A DNA stretch of 64,000 bases, from IMG/VR virus record IMGVR_UViG_3300025161_000004, positions 182,769-246,768 of that record. The stretch is one strand, 5' to 3'. The notes under the pieces are model-generated. The model saw only the letters and a list, made by a program, of their open reading frames with translations. It was not told the DNA's origin and did no database searches. Made by a program: the position numbers and the translations under genes. Below are positions 29,394 through 38,634 of the stretch, one piece after another. Numbering within the stretch: position 1 is the stretch's first letter; each line of letters begins with the position of its first letter.

Positions 29394-30308
29394 ATGGAAA
29401 ATTTAAAAATTATATTAACAATAGGGATACCAGCGTCAGGTAAATCTACATGGTCAAAAGAATTTGTACGCATAAACAATAACTATGTCCGTGTTTGCCG
29501 TGATGATTATCGTTTAATGTTAGCTCAATCTAATATGCTCAATCCTAAGGGCGAAAAATTAGTTAGCCGATTAGTTAAGAGTGCTATTTCTAATGCAATC
29601 GATTCTAAATATAATGTTATTGTTGATCAAACAAATGTTAATATTAAATATTTGGATGAGTTGGTTGATTTTTGTCAAAAATTGGCTGATGTTGAGTTTA
29701 AAATATTTGATATACCAATAGAATTAGCTATCGAAAGAGATAAGAAAAGAGGTTCTGCTATGGTTGGTGAGGAAATTATAAGAAAAATGTATAAAAATTA
29801 TTTAGATTTATGTTATTCTTTTAATTATGATTTTTCTTATAGGAAGAAAAAATCAAGAATCGTCACAAACATTGATTGGAAACCAAAAAATGAATTACCT
29901 AATGCTGTTATTTTTGATATTGATGGTACTCTTGCACATATAAATGGTAGAAGGGATTACTTTGATTGGGATCAAGTCGATAAAGATTTAGTTGATGAAC
30001 GTGTCCGTCAAACATTAGATGTACATAGATATGCTGGTTACCATATTATTATCGTAACTGGACGTGATGGTTCTTGTGAGAAATTAACTAAGATGTGGTT
30101 AGCAAAAAATAAAATACACTATAATCATTTCTTTATTAGACCTGCAGGTGATTTTCGTAAAGACACTGTCATTAAAAAAGAAATATTCGATAAGTATATT
30201 AATGGAAAATTTAACGTGCTTAGTGTTTATGAAGACAGAGATCGAGTAGTTTCTATGTGGAGAGAAATGGGATTAAAGTGTTTTCAAGTTATTGATGGTA
30301 ATTATTAA
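29394..30308 (+). CDS. pseT: Polynucleotide kinase/3'-phosphatase (T4 Pnkp-like)
   Basis: GIPASGKST P-loop, RDD; HAD DIDGT, TGR, D.VIKKE, EDR. Confidence 0.92.
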   Translation: MENLKIILTIGIPASGKSTWSKEFVRINNNYVRVCRDDYRLMLAQSNMLNPKGEKLVSRLVKSAISNAIDSKYNVIVDQTNVNIKYLDELVDFCQKLADVEFKIFDIPIELAIERDKKRGSAMVGEEIIRKMYKNYLDLCYSFNYDFSYRKKKSRIVTNIDWKPKNELPNAVIFDIDGTLAHINGRRDYFDWDQVDKDLVDERVRQTLDVHRYAGYHIIIVTGRDGSCEKLTKMWLAKNKIHYNHFFIRPAGDFRKDTVIKKEIFDKYINGKFNVLSVYEDRDRVVSMWREMGLKCFQVIDGNY

Positions 30309-30309
30309 C

Positions 30310-30642
30310 ATGAAATTCTATAGATATACATTAGTACAATATGCCGTTAAAGATATAGATGGTGAATATGTTCGTTCCGAACATCCAAGTCCAACATTAA
30401 CTTTATATGAATATGATATAATATCCGAAACTCCTAAAGGGTATTGGATTGGTATGTCAGGTCTAAAAATCAAATGGATATCAAAGAAATCTAAAAACTG
30501 TTTTGCATATCCTACAAAAAGAGAGGCATTACTGGACTTAATAAAAAGAACTGAAAAGAGAGTGAGAATACTTGATTATCAATTAAGATTCTGTAAAATT
30601 GGATTAGGTATACTTAAATCTAAGCAAAATAAAGAATCATAA
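30310..30642 (+). CDS. Hypothetical protein
   Basis: ATG 30310; ETPKGYWI motif. Confidence 0.7.
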   Translation: MKFYRYTLVQYAVKDIDGEYVRSEHPSPTLTLYEYDIISETPKGYWIGMSGLKIKWISKKSKNCFAYPTKREALLDLIKRTEKRVRILDYQLRFCKIGLGILKSKQNKES

Positions 30643-30762
30643 ATTATCCTAATATAATTATTGTTTTTTTATAATTTATTTTGCTATCATATCTATTGAA
30701 TACCCAACCTTCTATTTTTAAAGGTAAATTTCTAATTTCAGTTCTGATGATTTTATTTTAAA

Positions 30763-31959
30763 TTATTTATGTTTTGATTTATCAATCATTCTTATTAATT
30801 TATCTTTGCCTCTCTCAGCAGACATTTTTTTTAATTCTTCTTTAACTGTCGGATCATCAATGTACTTTTCCATCGAAATCGGTGATTCAATTGTTTCATC
30901 TATAGAACCTCTCATTAATAGTTTTGACATAACATCACCAATCCTATCCATCATCCCCTCTATCATTGGTATATTAGGTGTAGAACCTCTGTATTTTAAT
31001 ACATCAATTATGAATTTTGGATCGCTGAAAAATGCATTTTTCAACATTATAGTATGAGTAGTTAGTTGTCCACCATCCATCACTTCCTTTATCGCTTTAG
31101 TGATGATTTTTTTATACTTAGCTAAGTATTCTGGATTACTATCAATTACATCCATCATATCAGAAAAATCATCCATCTTTTTATTTATACCTTTAATACG
31201 AAGAATACTTTCTATAATATATGATTTTTCTTTATTGTGTGATATTGATTCATTTTGTTCTGTTTCTAATTCGGATGATTGCTCATCATTACGCATAACA
31301 GCTACCATACCTTTTGTCAATGAATGATAAACATCATCACCAAATCTTTCTTTAATTCTATTTTTTTCTCTCATGTCAAATAATTCACCACCTGTTAAAA
31401 ACGCCAGTACGTTACCAAGATTTATATTTCTAAAACTTTCTTTTGCAGCCAAATCATCACTACCAAGTTCCCTTTTTTTCTTAATAAAAACATTAGTATC
31501 GTATACATTTAATAAATTGTTGTTTTTTAACATGTTTATTTGAGCATCTGTTTTGGGTGCATCACTTTTTTTATAAGATTTTAGATTTCTTCTAAAAGCC
31601 ATGTGTCTAACTGTACCATCCTTTTTTACAAATGCTACACTAATAGTAATATTCTTATAAAAATTATTTTTAACTTTTTCAGGTAATTGATCAAATGTTA
31701 ATAAACCCTTCATATCATTAGATTCATCCACGTGAGATAAACCAAGATCTTCTTTACATGCTGCAATTGCTTCTTTTAATGAACCATATTGGAAATATAT
31801 TTCTTCAATAATTTGTGCTATATCACCATGACCCATGTCTTCAGCATGTGTCCATGCAGCATCTGGATCAGACAATTTAACTAATTCAATAGCCTCAACT
31901 ACCTTTTTTGGGTCATGCCCTAACCATTTAGCAAATTGTTGTACAGTTAATTTAGCCAT
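30763..31959 (-). CDS. Multidomain hypothetical protein with SH3-like (WYL_2/DUF2693-like) segment
   Basis: VAFVKKDGTVRHM...YD...FRNINL; start moved to ATG 31959. Confidence 0.65.
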   Translation of the reverse strand: MAKLTVQQFAKWLGHDPKKVVEAIELVKLSDPDAAWTHAEDMGHGDIAQIIEEIYFQYGSLKEAIAACKEDLGLSHVDESNDMKGLLTFDQLPEKVKNNFYKNITISVAFVKKDGTVRHMAFRRNLKSYKKSDAPKTDAQINMLKNNNLLNVYDTNVFIKKKRELGSDDLAAKESFRNINLGNVLAFLTGGELFDMREKNRIKERFGDDVYHSLTKGMVAVMRNDEQSSELETEQNESISHNKEKSYIIESILRIKGINKKMDDFSDMMDVIDSNPEYLAKYKKIITKAIKEVMDGGQLTTHTIMLKNAFFSDPKFIIDVLKYRGSTPNIPMIEGMMDRIGDVMSKLLMRGSIDETIESPISMEKYIDDPTVKEELKKMSAERGKDKLIRMIDKSKHK

Positions 31960-32026
31960 ATATTGTTTTTTTTTATATAAATACATTTTTTTTTGTATTT
32001 ATATAAAGTAAACACAAAAAAATATC

Positions 32027-32527
32027 ATGAAAAATCATGGTAAAAAAAGATTATTTGAAATGATGGGTAGATTAAACCCCGATTTTAAGAGAGATAATTA
32101 TCATGAAAATGATGGTACTTATTTTAAGCCTAAATTGAAGGATATTATTAAAATGGCAACCGAAATTGATTCCATGTTAAAGAATTCTGATGATCTTGAT
32201 GCTTGGATACAAGATAAGCTAAGTATTTCTTACCATAATATGGATGCCGTTTTGGGATATTTTAAAAGAAAAATGGATAATGATTTTGTGAAAAAAACTA
32301 ATTTGATTACTGGCGGTAGAGCAGATAAACTAACAGTGGATGATATCGCCAAAAAACATAATGTATCTGTCGATTTAATTAAGCATCAGTTAGAGAAAGG
32401 TAAGAGAGTTGAGATGGAACACACTAATAATATTGAAATGGCTGAAGAAATTGCCATGGATCATCTTTATGAAATACCAGATTATTATGAACGATTAGCT
32501 AAGATTGAAAAAGATACTAAAAAATAA
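32027..32527 (+). CDS. DUF5661-like protein
   Basis: GGRAD...IAKKH...G..VEMEHT...AEEIAMDHL.E.PDYY..L. Confidence 0.75.
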   Translation: MKNHGKKRLFEMMGRLNPDFKRDNYHENDGTYFKPKLKDIIKMATEIDSMLKNSDDLDAWIQDKLSISYHNMDAVLGYFKRKMDNDFVKKTNLITGGRADKLTVDDIAKKHNVSVDLIKHQLEKGKRVEMEHTNNIEMAEEIAMDHLYEIPDYYERLAKIEKDTKK

Positions 32528-32565
32528 TTTTTTAAAAAAAAAATAAGTTTTTTTTGATTTAAAAG

Positions 32566-32583
32566 TATTTAGTACTATATTTG
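32566..32583 (+). promoter_or_regulatory. Promoter of tRNA operon 3
   Basis: GTATTTA, then TATATTTG at 32576-32583. Confidence 0.7.
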
Positions 32584-32599
32584 CAAAATATTTAAGGGA

Positions 32600-32668
32600 A
32601 TGATAACTATTAAGAAATATTATTATAAAAAGTCTTCAAAAGTGAAGATCAGTAATACTATATCTTAA
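32600..32668 (+). CDS. Leader peptide 3 (Lys/Tyr sensing), 22 aa
   Basis: MITIKKYYYKKSSKVKISNTIS; GTGAAGATCAG antiterminator segment. Confidence 0.9.
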   Translation: MITIKKYYYKKSSKVKISNTIS

Positions 32669-32685
32669 CAGTAATATAAAAAAAT

Positions 32686-32728
32686 AAAAACCCTGATCTT
32701 CACAAAAAGATCAGGGTTTTTATTTTTT
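32686..32728 (+). terminator. Attenuator terminator of tRNA operon 3
   Basis: AAAAACCCTGATCTT-CACAAA-AAGATCAGGGTTTTTATTTTTT, abutting tRNA-Tyr. Confidence 0.92.
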
Positions 32729-32812
32729 GGGAGTGCGCTAACGTTGGAGTGTTAGGCTTGTCTGTAAAACAAGTGCCTGTTGGCTTAGTAGGTTCGAATC
32801 CTACCACTCCCA
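32729..32812 (+). tRNA. tRNA-Tyr(GTA)
   Basis: CTTGT-CTGTAAA-ACAAG; long variable arm. Confidence 0.9.
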
Positions 32813-32833
32813 CAATAAACCATATAGAAAAAA

Positions 32834-32866
32834 ATGAAAGCTAAACAAAGTAAACGAAAACACTAA
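32834..32866 (+). CDS. Lys-rich mini-ORF before tRNA-Lys, 10 aa
   Basis: MKAKQSKRKH with four AAA codons. Confidence 0.55.
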   Translation: MKAKQSKRKH

Positions 32867-32869
32867 TTT

Positions 32870-32899
32870 AATCACACCTCATGACTAAGAGGTGTGATT
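32870..32899 (+). other. 11-bp hairpin between the mini-ORF and tRNA-Lys
   Basis: AATCACACCTC-ATGACTAA-GAGGTGTGATT, no U tract. Confidence 0.75.
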
Positions 32900-32906
32900 G
32901 GTCAAT

Positions 32907-32993
32907 CCCCTCTTAGCTCTAATTGGCGAGTCGAAAGACGAGAGCTTCTGACTTTTAATCAGAAGGTTGCTGGTTCGAATCCAGCAGAGGGGA
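32907..32993 (+). tRNA. tRNA-Lys(TTT) with expanded D loop
   Basis: TCTGA-CTTTTAA-TCAGA; 22-nt D loop containing a GTC-GAAA-GAC hairpin. Confidence 0.85.
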
Positions 32994-33404
32994 CAAAAAA
33001 AATATTTTTTATTATAATTATCTTTGATAACCATTGTAAGACATATAGTATTTTATACCAGTTCTTATTTACGTAAAAGTTATATAGTATTGAATATTAT
33101 TCAAATTAATGTGTTTTAGTGTTTAGCTTTTTTATTTATATTTGTACTTATAGAAATAAGTTATTATGAATAAAGTGATTGAAAAAGCAAAAACGATAAT
33201 TATATCATTAATTTCATATGAGGTTGCAAGTAAAAAATTTGGTTTTAGATTATATTCTAAAAAGTTTATCGATAATCAAGTTAATCGATACACCCATATC
33301 TAAAGGGATGATTATATTATTTTTTTCGTGTCTTGAATTATCTAATATATTCAATTGACAAATTGAAACTACTGATATATATTTGTTTTTTTAGTTTAAA
33401 ATCT

Positions 33405-33680
33405 ATGTCAAAGAAAAAAAATATATCTAAATACTACTTGCTTTACAATAATGAATATCAAGAAAAATTACTTACAACAGCTTCATCTGAAGAAATGCTA
33501 TTAGAAGAAACTTCCTACTACTCTGGCGGTACTTGGTTCGAATATGATGTTGTAAGTGGCTCAAGTATTTTATTCAATGAAAAAATAAAAACAGGAATTA
33601 AATTCCCAAAACAACCAAAAGAAAGAGAAAGTTTTAAAAGTTCTTCTTTATCTAATGAAAAAAAATTTTGGTTGAAGTAA
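33405..33680 (+). CDS. Hypothetical protein
   Basis: ATG 33405 in the frame of the predicted ORF. Confidence 0.65.
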   Translation: MSKKKNISKYYLLYNNEYQEKLLTTASSEEMLLEETSYYSGGTWFEYDVVSGSSILFNEKIKTGIKFPKQPKERESFKSSSLSNEKKFWLK

Positions 33681-33849
33681 CTGATAATCATTACTATTTT
33701 TTTAGGATAAAAATATTTATCTATTTTTTTTTGATATTGGTTGACGATATTAGTATTTATCCATAAGATTGTAAAAAATATTCAAAAAATATTCTGATGC
33801 TGTCAGTATCAGAAACAAATTATTTTATTAAAAAATTATATAATCAAAA

Positions 33850-36432
33850 ATGGAAACACTATCGTTGGAAGATTCAAAAAAACAAGAAAAAACTATTTTA
33901 AAACGTTACACGAGAGATGAGGTTTATAAATCGACGTTAGATTATTTTAAAGGTGACACATTAGCTACAGAGGTATGGATTAACAAATATTGTTTGAAAG
34001 ATTCTAGTGGTAATCTGTATGAGTTAAATCCCAATGATATGCATTGGAGGTTAGCTAATGAACTTGCAAGAATTGAAGCTAAGTATCCAAATCCACTTAC
34101 AGCACAAGAAATTTACGACAAGATTAAATATTTTGAAAAGATAGTTCCACAAGGATCACCAATGGCTGGTATCGGTAATAACTTTCAAACTATTTCGATT
34201 TCAAATTGCTTTGTGATTGGTAATGATCAAGATGCGGACTCATATGGTGGTATTTTTAAATTAGATCAGGAGATTGCTCAATTACAAAAAAGGCGAGCTG
34301 GTGTTGGTGTTGACTTATCATTTATCAGACCACAAGGTTTACCAGTAAAAAACTCAGCACTAACCTCTACTGGAGTTGTTCCTTTTATGGAACGTTTTTC
34401 AAATACAACAAGAGAAGTTGCACAGGACGGGAGAAGAGGTGCATTAATGGAATCAATATCTATCAAGCATCCTGATTCAGAGTCATTTATTGATGCTAAA
34501 ATGACTATGGGTAAAGTAACTGGTGCTAATGTGTCGGTTCGTATTGATGACGCATTTATGGAGGCAGCAATAAATAATAAATCATATACTACTCAATATC
34601 CTGTAGAATCGAAAAACCCAATTTATACTAAAGAAATTAATGCAAATAAATTATGGAAAAAAATAATCCATAATGCATGGAAATCTGCAGAGCCTGGTAT
34701 CTTATTTTGGGATACTATTATACGTGAATCAATTCCAGATTGCTATGCTGATTTAGGCTTTAAAACTATTTCGACAAATCCATGTGGCGAAATTACTCTT
34801 TGTGCTAATGATTCTTGTCGTTTATTAGCCATAAATCTGTATGGTTATGTCGTGAATCCTTTTACTAAAGAAGCATATTTTGACTGGGATGCATTTAAAA
34901 AGGATGTGATTATTGCAGAAAGATTAATGGATGATATTGTTGATCTTGAATTAGAAAAAATCGATAAAATTCTTGATAAAATTAATAGTGATCCAGAAAA
35001 TGACGATATCAAAAGAGTAGAAAGACAGCTTTGGATAAATATAAAAGATAAAGCAATTAGAGGTAGAAGAACAGGATTAGGCGTAACTGCAGAAGGTGAT
35101 ATGCTTGCAGCACTTGGATTGAAATATGGTACTGATGAAGCCAATGATTTTTCGGAAGAAGTTCATAAAGTACTAAAACTCGAAGCGTATCGTTCATCGG
35201 TAATAATGGCAAAAGAACGTGGCGCATTTCCAATATATGACCATAAGCGTGAAGTAAATAATCCATTCATTCAAAGAATTAAGGCTGAAGACCCTGAATT
35301 ATATGAGGAGATGATTAAGTACGGTAGAAGAAACCTTGCATTACTAACCATTGCTCCAACTGGTTCAGTATCTATTATGACACAAACATCTTCAGGTATT
35401 GAATGTGTATTTTTAGTCTATTATACTCGTAGAAGAAAAATTAATCCTAATGATAAAAATGTTAGAATAGATTTTACTGATGAACTTGGTGATCATTGGA
35501 TGGAGTATCCAGTATTTCATCATAAATTTGAAACTTGGTTAGCTGTTAATGGTTATGATGTTGAAAATATAAAACAAAATTATACGAAGGAACAAATTAA
35601 TGAACTTGTAAAACTTTCACCATACTACGGAGCAACATCTAATGATGTTGATTGGGTAAAAAAGGTTGAAATGCAAGGTCGTATACAAAAACACGTAGAT
35701 CATTCTATTTCTGTTACAGTAAATTTACCAAACGAAATTAGTGAAGAAATGGTAGGTAAGGTTTATGAAACTGGATGGAGAACAGGCTGCAAAGGTATTA
35801 CTGTTTATCGTGATGGTTCTCGTTCTGGTGTTTTGATTTCAGATACCGATAAGAAGAAAATGGAGAAGGAAGAACTTTTCAAAGATAATCATGCACCAAA
35901 GAGACCAAAGAGATTAAAGGGTGAGATTATTCGTTTCCAAAACAATCTTGAAAAATGGATTGCTGTTGTTGGATTACTTGATGGGAGACCTTACGAAATT
36001 TTTACTGGAAAACTAGAGAACGGTTTAAGTGAATTACCCACTACTATCACTGAGTGTGAGATAGTTAAAAAGAAGTATGAAGATGGTACTAAACGTTATG
36101 ATATTGAATATATAGATGCTAACGGTGAGAAAAAAATTCATACTGGTTTAAATCACACTTTTAATCCAGAATTTTGGAATTACGCTAAGCTGATTTCGTC
36201 CGTATTACGACATGGTATGCCAATAGTATATGTATTGAATTTAGTGCAGTCACTTAATTTAAATGACGATCATCTTAATACGTGGAAAAATGGTGTTGCG
36301 AGAGTGATTAAGAGATATATTCGAGACGGTGAAAAGGGTAATGGTAAATGTCCTAGTTGTGGGAGTGAAAATCTCGAATATAAGGAAGGTTGTTTAACAT
36401 GTATTTCTTGTGGTAATTCGAAATGCGGTTAA
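33850..36432 (+). CDS. nrdJ: Class II (B12-dependent) ribonucleotide reductase
   Basis: SNCFV, TNPCGE, CRLLAINL, TIAPTG, KGITVYRDG, C-terminal TSCP region and Zn ribbon; no nrdB nearby. Confidence 0.93.
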   Translation: METLSLEDSKKQEKTILKRYTRDEVYKSTLDYFKGDTLATEVWINKYCLKDSSGNLYELNPNDMHWRLANELARIEAKYPNPLTAQEIYDKIKYFEKIVPQGSPMAGIGNNFQTISISNCFVIGNDQDADSYGGIFKLDQEIAQLQKRRAGVGVDLSFIRPQGLPVKNSALTSTGVVPFMERFSNTTREVAQDGRRGALMESISIKHPDSESFIDAKMTMGKVTGANVSVRIDDAFMEAAINNKSYTTQYPVESKNPIYTKEINANKLWKKIIHNAWKSAEPGILFWDTIIRESIPDCYADLGFKTISTNPCGEITLCANDSCRLLAINLYGYVVNPFTKEAYFDWDAFKKDVIIAERLMDDIVDLELEKIDKILDKINSDPENDDIKRVERQLWINIKDKAIRGRRTGLGVTAEGDMLAALGLKYGTDEANDFSEEVHKVLKLEAYRSSVIMAKERGAFPIYDHKREVNNPFIQRIKAEDPELYEEMIKYGRRNLALLTIAPTGSVSIMTQTSSGIECVFLVYYTRRRKINPNDKNVRIDFTDELGDHWMEYPVFHHKFETWLAVNGYDVENIKQNYTKEQINELVKLSPYYGATSNDVDWVKKVEMQGRIQKHVDHSISVTVNLPNEISEEMVGKVYETGWRTGCKGITVYRDGSRSGVLISDTDKKKMEKEELFKDNHAPKRPKRLKGEIIRFQNNLEKWIAVVGLLDGRPYEIFTGKLENGLSELPTTITECEIVKKKYEDGTKRYDIEYIDANGEKKIHTGLNHTFNPEFWNYAKLISSVLRHGMPIVYVLNLVQSLNLNDDHLNTWKNGVARVIKRYIRDGEKGNGKCPSCGSENLEYKEGCLTCISCGNSKCG

Positions 36433-36623
36433 TATATATTAATAAAGAGATTTATTGTCAGATATGTGACATACTTGATCATAAGTATGTCACATTATTT
36501 GACTATGAAGAAAATCTTCTAGATATCATTAGAAGAGAAATTAATTCAAAAAAATTTACTGTATTAGACGGAAATATTATATTGGATGATAATAACAATA
36601 AATATAAATTAATATTAATATAA
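36423..36623 (+). CDS. Small hypothetical protein
   Basis: Overlaps the nrdJ stop. Confidence 0.4.
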   Translation: MRLIYINKEIYCQICDILDHKYVTLFDYEENLLDIIRREINSKKFTVLDGNIILDDNNNKYKLILI

Positions 36624-36671
36624 TGTATACTTATTTAGGAATCGAATGTTGGGTTTATACTCAATTTATTT

Positions 36672-37547
36672 ATGAAACAAGAAAGATTTAAGACTTACAC
36701 TAAAGACCATTGTTGGCAATACGATATTAGATTAAATAATTTTGAAGAAGATTTGAAATTATCAGGTCTAGATATTAACACAGTTAAAAATTTGAAATGT
36801 AGTGACTTTACATTTCAACATGAGGAAAAATCATCGGTCTATTCGGAAGTTAAATCATTTATCGAAAGACATGAATGGCTTGGGAAAATGTCTTTATATC
36901 CAACACATATCTTTACTGCAAGATATAATGGTATATTAGCTGGTGTTGTTATAATGGATATGCCCAATTCTTTTAGTAAGATGTTAGGTGAAGACACAAG
37001 AAAAATAGAGCGATTAATAAGTAGAGGTGCTTGCATATCTTGGAGTCCAAAAAATTTAGCAAGTAGTTTACTTTCTTTTGCAATAAGATGGATGGTAAAG
37101 AATACACAATATCGTTTATTTGTAGCGTACAGTGATACTGAAGCAAAAGAGCTCGGAACTATTTATCAGGCATGTAATTTTTATTATTTGGGTAAAAAAT
37201 CTGGTGCGACCTTTCAATATAAAATAGAAAATGGTAAATGGGTATCTGATAGATACTTTAGAAGTAGAAGTGTTTATAAAAGACTTGCATTGAAAGACGG
37301 TATTATTTGGAAGGATGAATGGCAAAAAGGAGATAGAGTTCTTTTTGATTTGATGCCTAAAGATATTGCTGATAGAATAAAAGAATTATCTAAAAATTAT
37401 ATGAACTCATGTGAAAAAAGAAGAATAAACCCAAAACATAAATATGCTTATGTTTTAAGTCACAATAAATATGATACAAAAAGACTAAGAAGCATATTTT
37501 TAGCTAATAATAAAATTTATCCATATCCAAAAGAAAGAGGTAACTAA
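36672..37547 (+). CDS. Mom-like (GNAT-fold) DNA modification protein
   Basis: FIERHEWLG...LISRGAC..WSPKNLAS.L...AYSD....GTIYQACNFYYLG. Confidence 0.75.
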   Translation: MKQERFKTYTKDHCWQYDIRLNNFEEDLKLSGLDINTVKNLKCSDFTFQHEEKSSVYSEVKSFIERHEWLGKMSLYPTHIFTARYNGILAGVVIMDMPNSFSKMLGEDTRKIERLISRGACISWSPKNLASSLLSFAIRWMVKNTQYRLFVAYSDTEAKELGTIYQACNFYYLGKKSGATFQYKIENGKWVSDRYFRSRSVYKRLALKDGIIWKDEWQKGDRVLFDLMPKDIADRIKELSKNYMNSCEKRRINPKHKYAYVLSHNKYDTKRLRSIFLANNKIYPYPKERGN

Positions 37548-37548
37548 T

Positions 37549-38109
37549 ATGCGTAAAATATTAATGATTGAGAAAGGTAAGAGATTTGGTAAATGGACAG
37601 TAATTGATACTTTGCCACGAAGAAAAAATAAACAAACATATTGGCTATGTAAATGTGATTGTGGTTGTGTTTTGGAAGTTAAATCTAATTCACTAATGAA
37701 TGGTAAATCAACACAATGTTCTAATTGTGCTAAAAAACTAATTGGATTAAAAAATAGAAAGGGATTTGGAGAAATATCTGGTGATATGTGGGCACAAATA
37801 AAAAGAAATGCTATAAAGAAAAAAATTGTATTTGATATTAGAATAGAAGAGGCATGGAATTTATTTATCTTACAAAATAAAAAGTGTGCATTAAGTGGTA
37901 TGGATTTAAAATTCTCTGCATATCCATATGATCCAGCAAATACAACTGCAACACTTGATTTGATAAATCCCGAATTTGGTTATGTAATTAATAATATACA
38001 ATGGATACATAAAGAAATATCAATTAGTAAGAAATCGATGTCAAATACACAATATATAAGATTATGTTCTTTAGTATCAAATTATTGTATTCACAATGGC
38101 AAAAAATAA
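37549..38109 (+). CDS. HNH-type endonuclease-like protein
   Basis: GKRFGKWTV...WLCKCDCG N-terminus; CALSG...TLD..N...GY...NIQWIHK. Confidence 0.75.
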   Translation: MRKILMIEKGKRFGKWTVIDTLPRRKNKQTYWLCKCDCGCVLEVKSNSLMNGKSTQCSNCAKKLIGLKNRKGFGEISGDMWAQIKRNAIKKKIVFDIRIEEAWNLFILQNKKCALSGMDLKFSAYPYDPANTTATLDLINPEFGYVINNIQWIHKEISISKKSMSNTQYIRLCSLVSNYCIHNGKK

Positions 38110-38258
38110 TTTAATTGTAGGTATTGATTATGTTATTGAGTCAGGTAAAATTGTTTTTACTAAAACATATCATTTAAAAAGAGGATATTGTTGTAAAAAT
38201 AAATGCAAAAACTGTCCATATAAAAAATAGACTGAAAAAATATAAATTAATTGATAAC

Positions 38259-38540
38259 TTATTTTATTTTGATAGCTTTATTACCCTTTACAATATATTC
38301 AACCTTCGGCGGTAAAGATTTGTATAGCGTATCAATACATCTTTTTTTAACTCTATCATAAAAAGCATTATATTCTTTTGGGTAGTTCATTCTCCATTCA
38401 AGACATTCTCTTTTCATGTTATCATCATCTAAATAGAAACAAGGATTTGTATTATAGATGCCTCTATTCGATACGATACAAGAGTCTACTGATATTAATA
38501 TAATTAACGTTGATATAATTTTAATTAATTTTTTCTTCAT
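38259..38540 (-). CDS. Putative lipoprotein or secreted protein
   Basis: MKKKLIKIISTLIILISVDSC; start moved to ATG 38540. Confidence 0.6.
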   Translation of the reverse strand: MKKKLIKIISTLIILISVDSCIVSNRGIYNTNPCFYLDDDNMKRECLEWRMNYPKEYNAFYDRVKKRCIDTLYKSLPPKVEYIVKGNKAIKIK

Positions 38541-38634
38541 CCGAATATAAATACATTTTTTATGTATATAAAATTTTATAATCGTATTGATTATTATCAA
38601 TTATTATTTAAATTTGTTTTTTAAAAAAAAATTT

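Noticed and set aside
33790-33815. Hairpin TTCTGATGC-TGTCA-GTATCAGAA upstream of nrdJ as a cobalamin riboswitch or NrdR box
   Set aside because: Too short for a B12 riboswitch and does not match NrdR box spacing.
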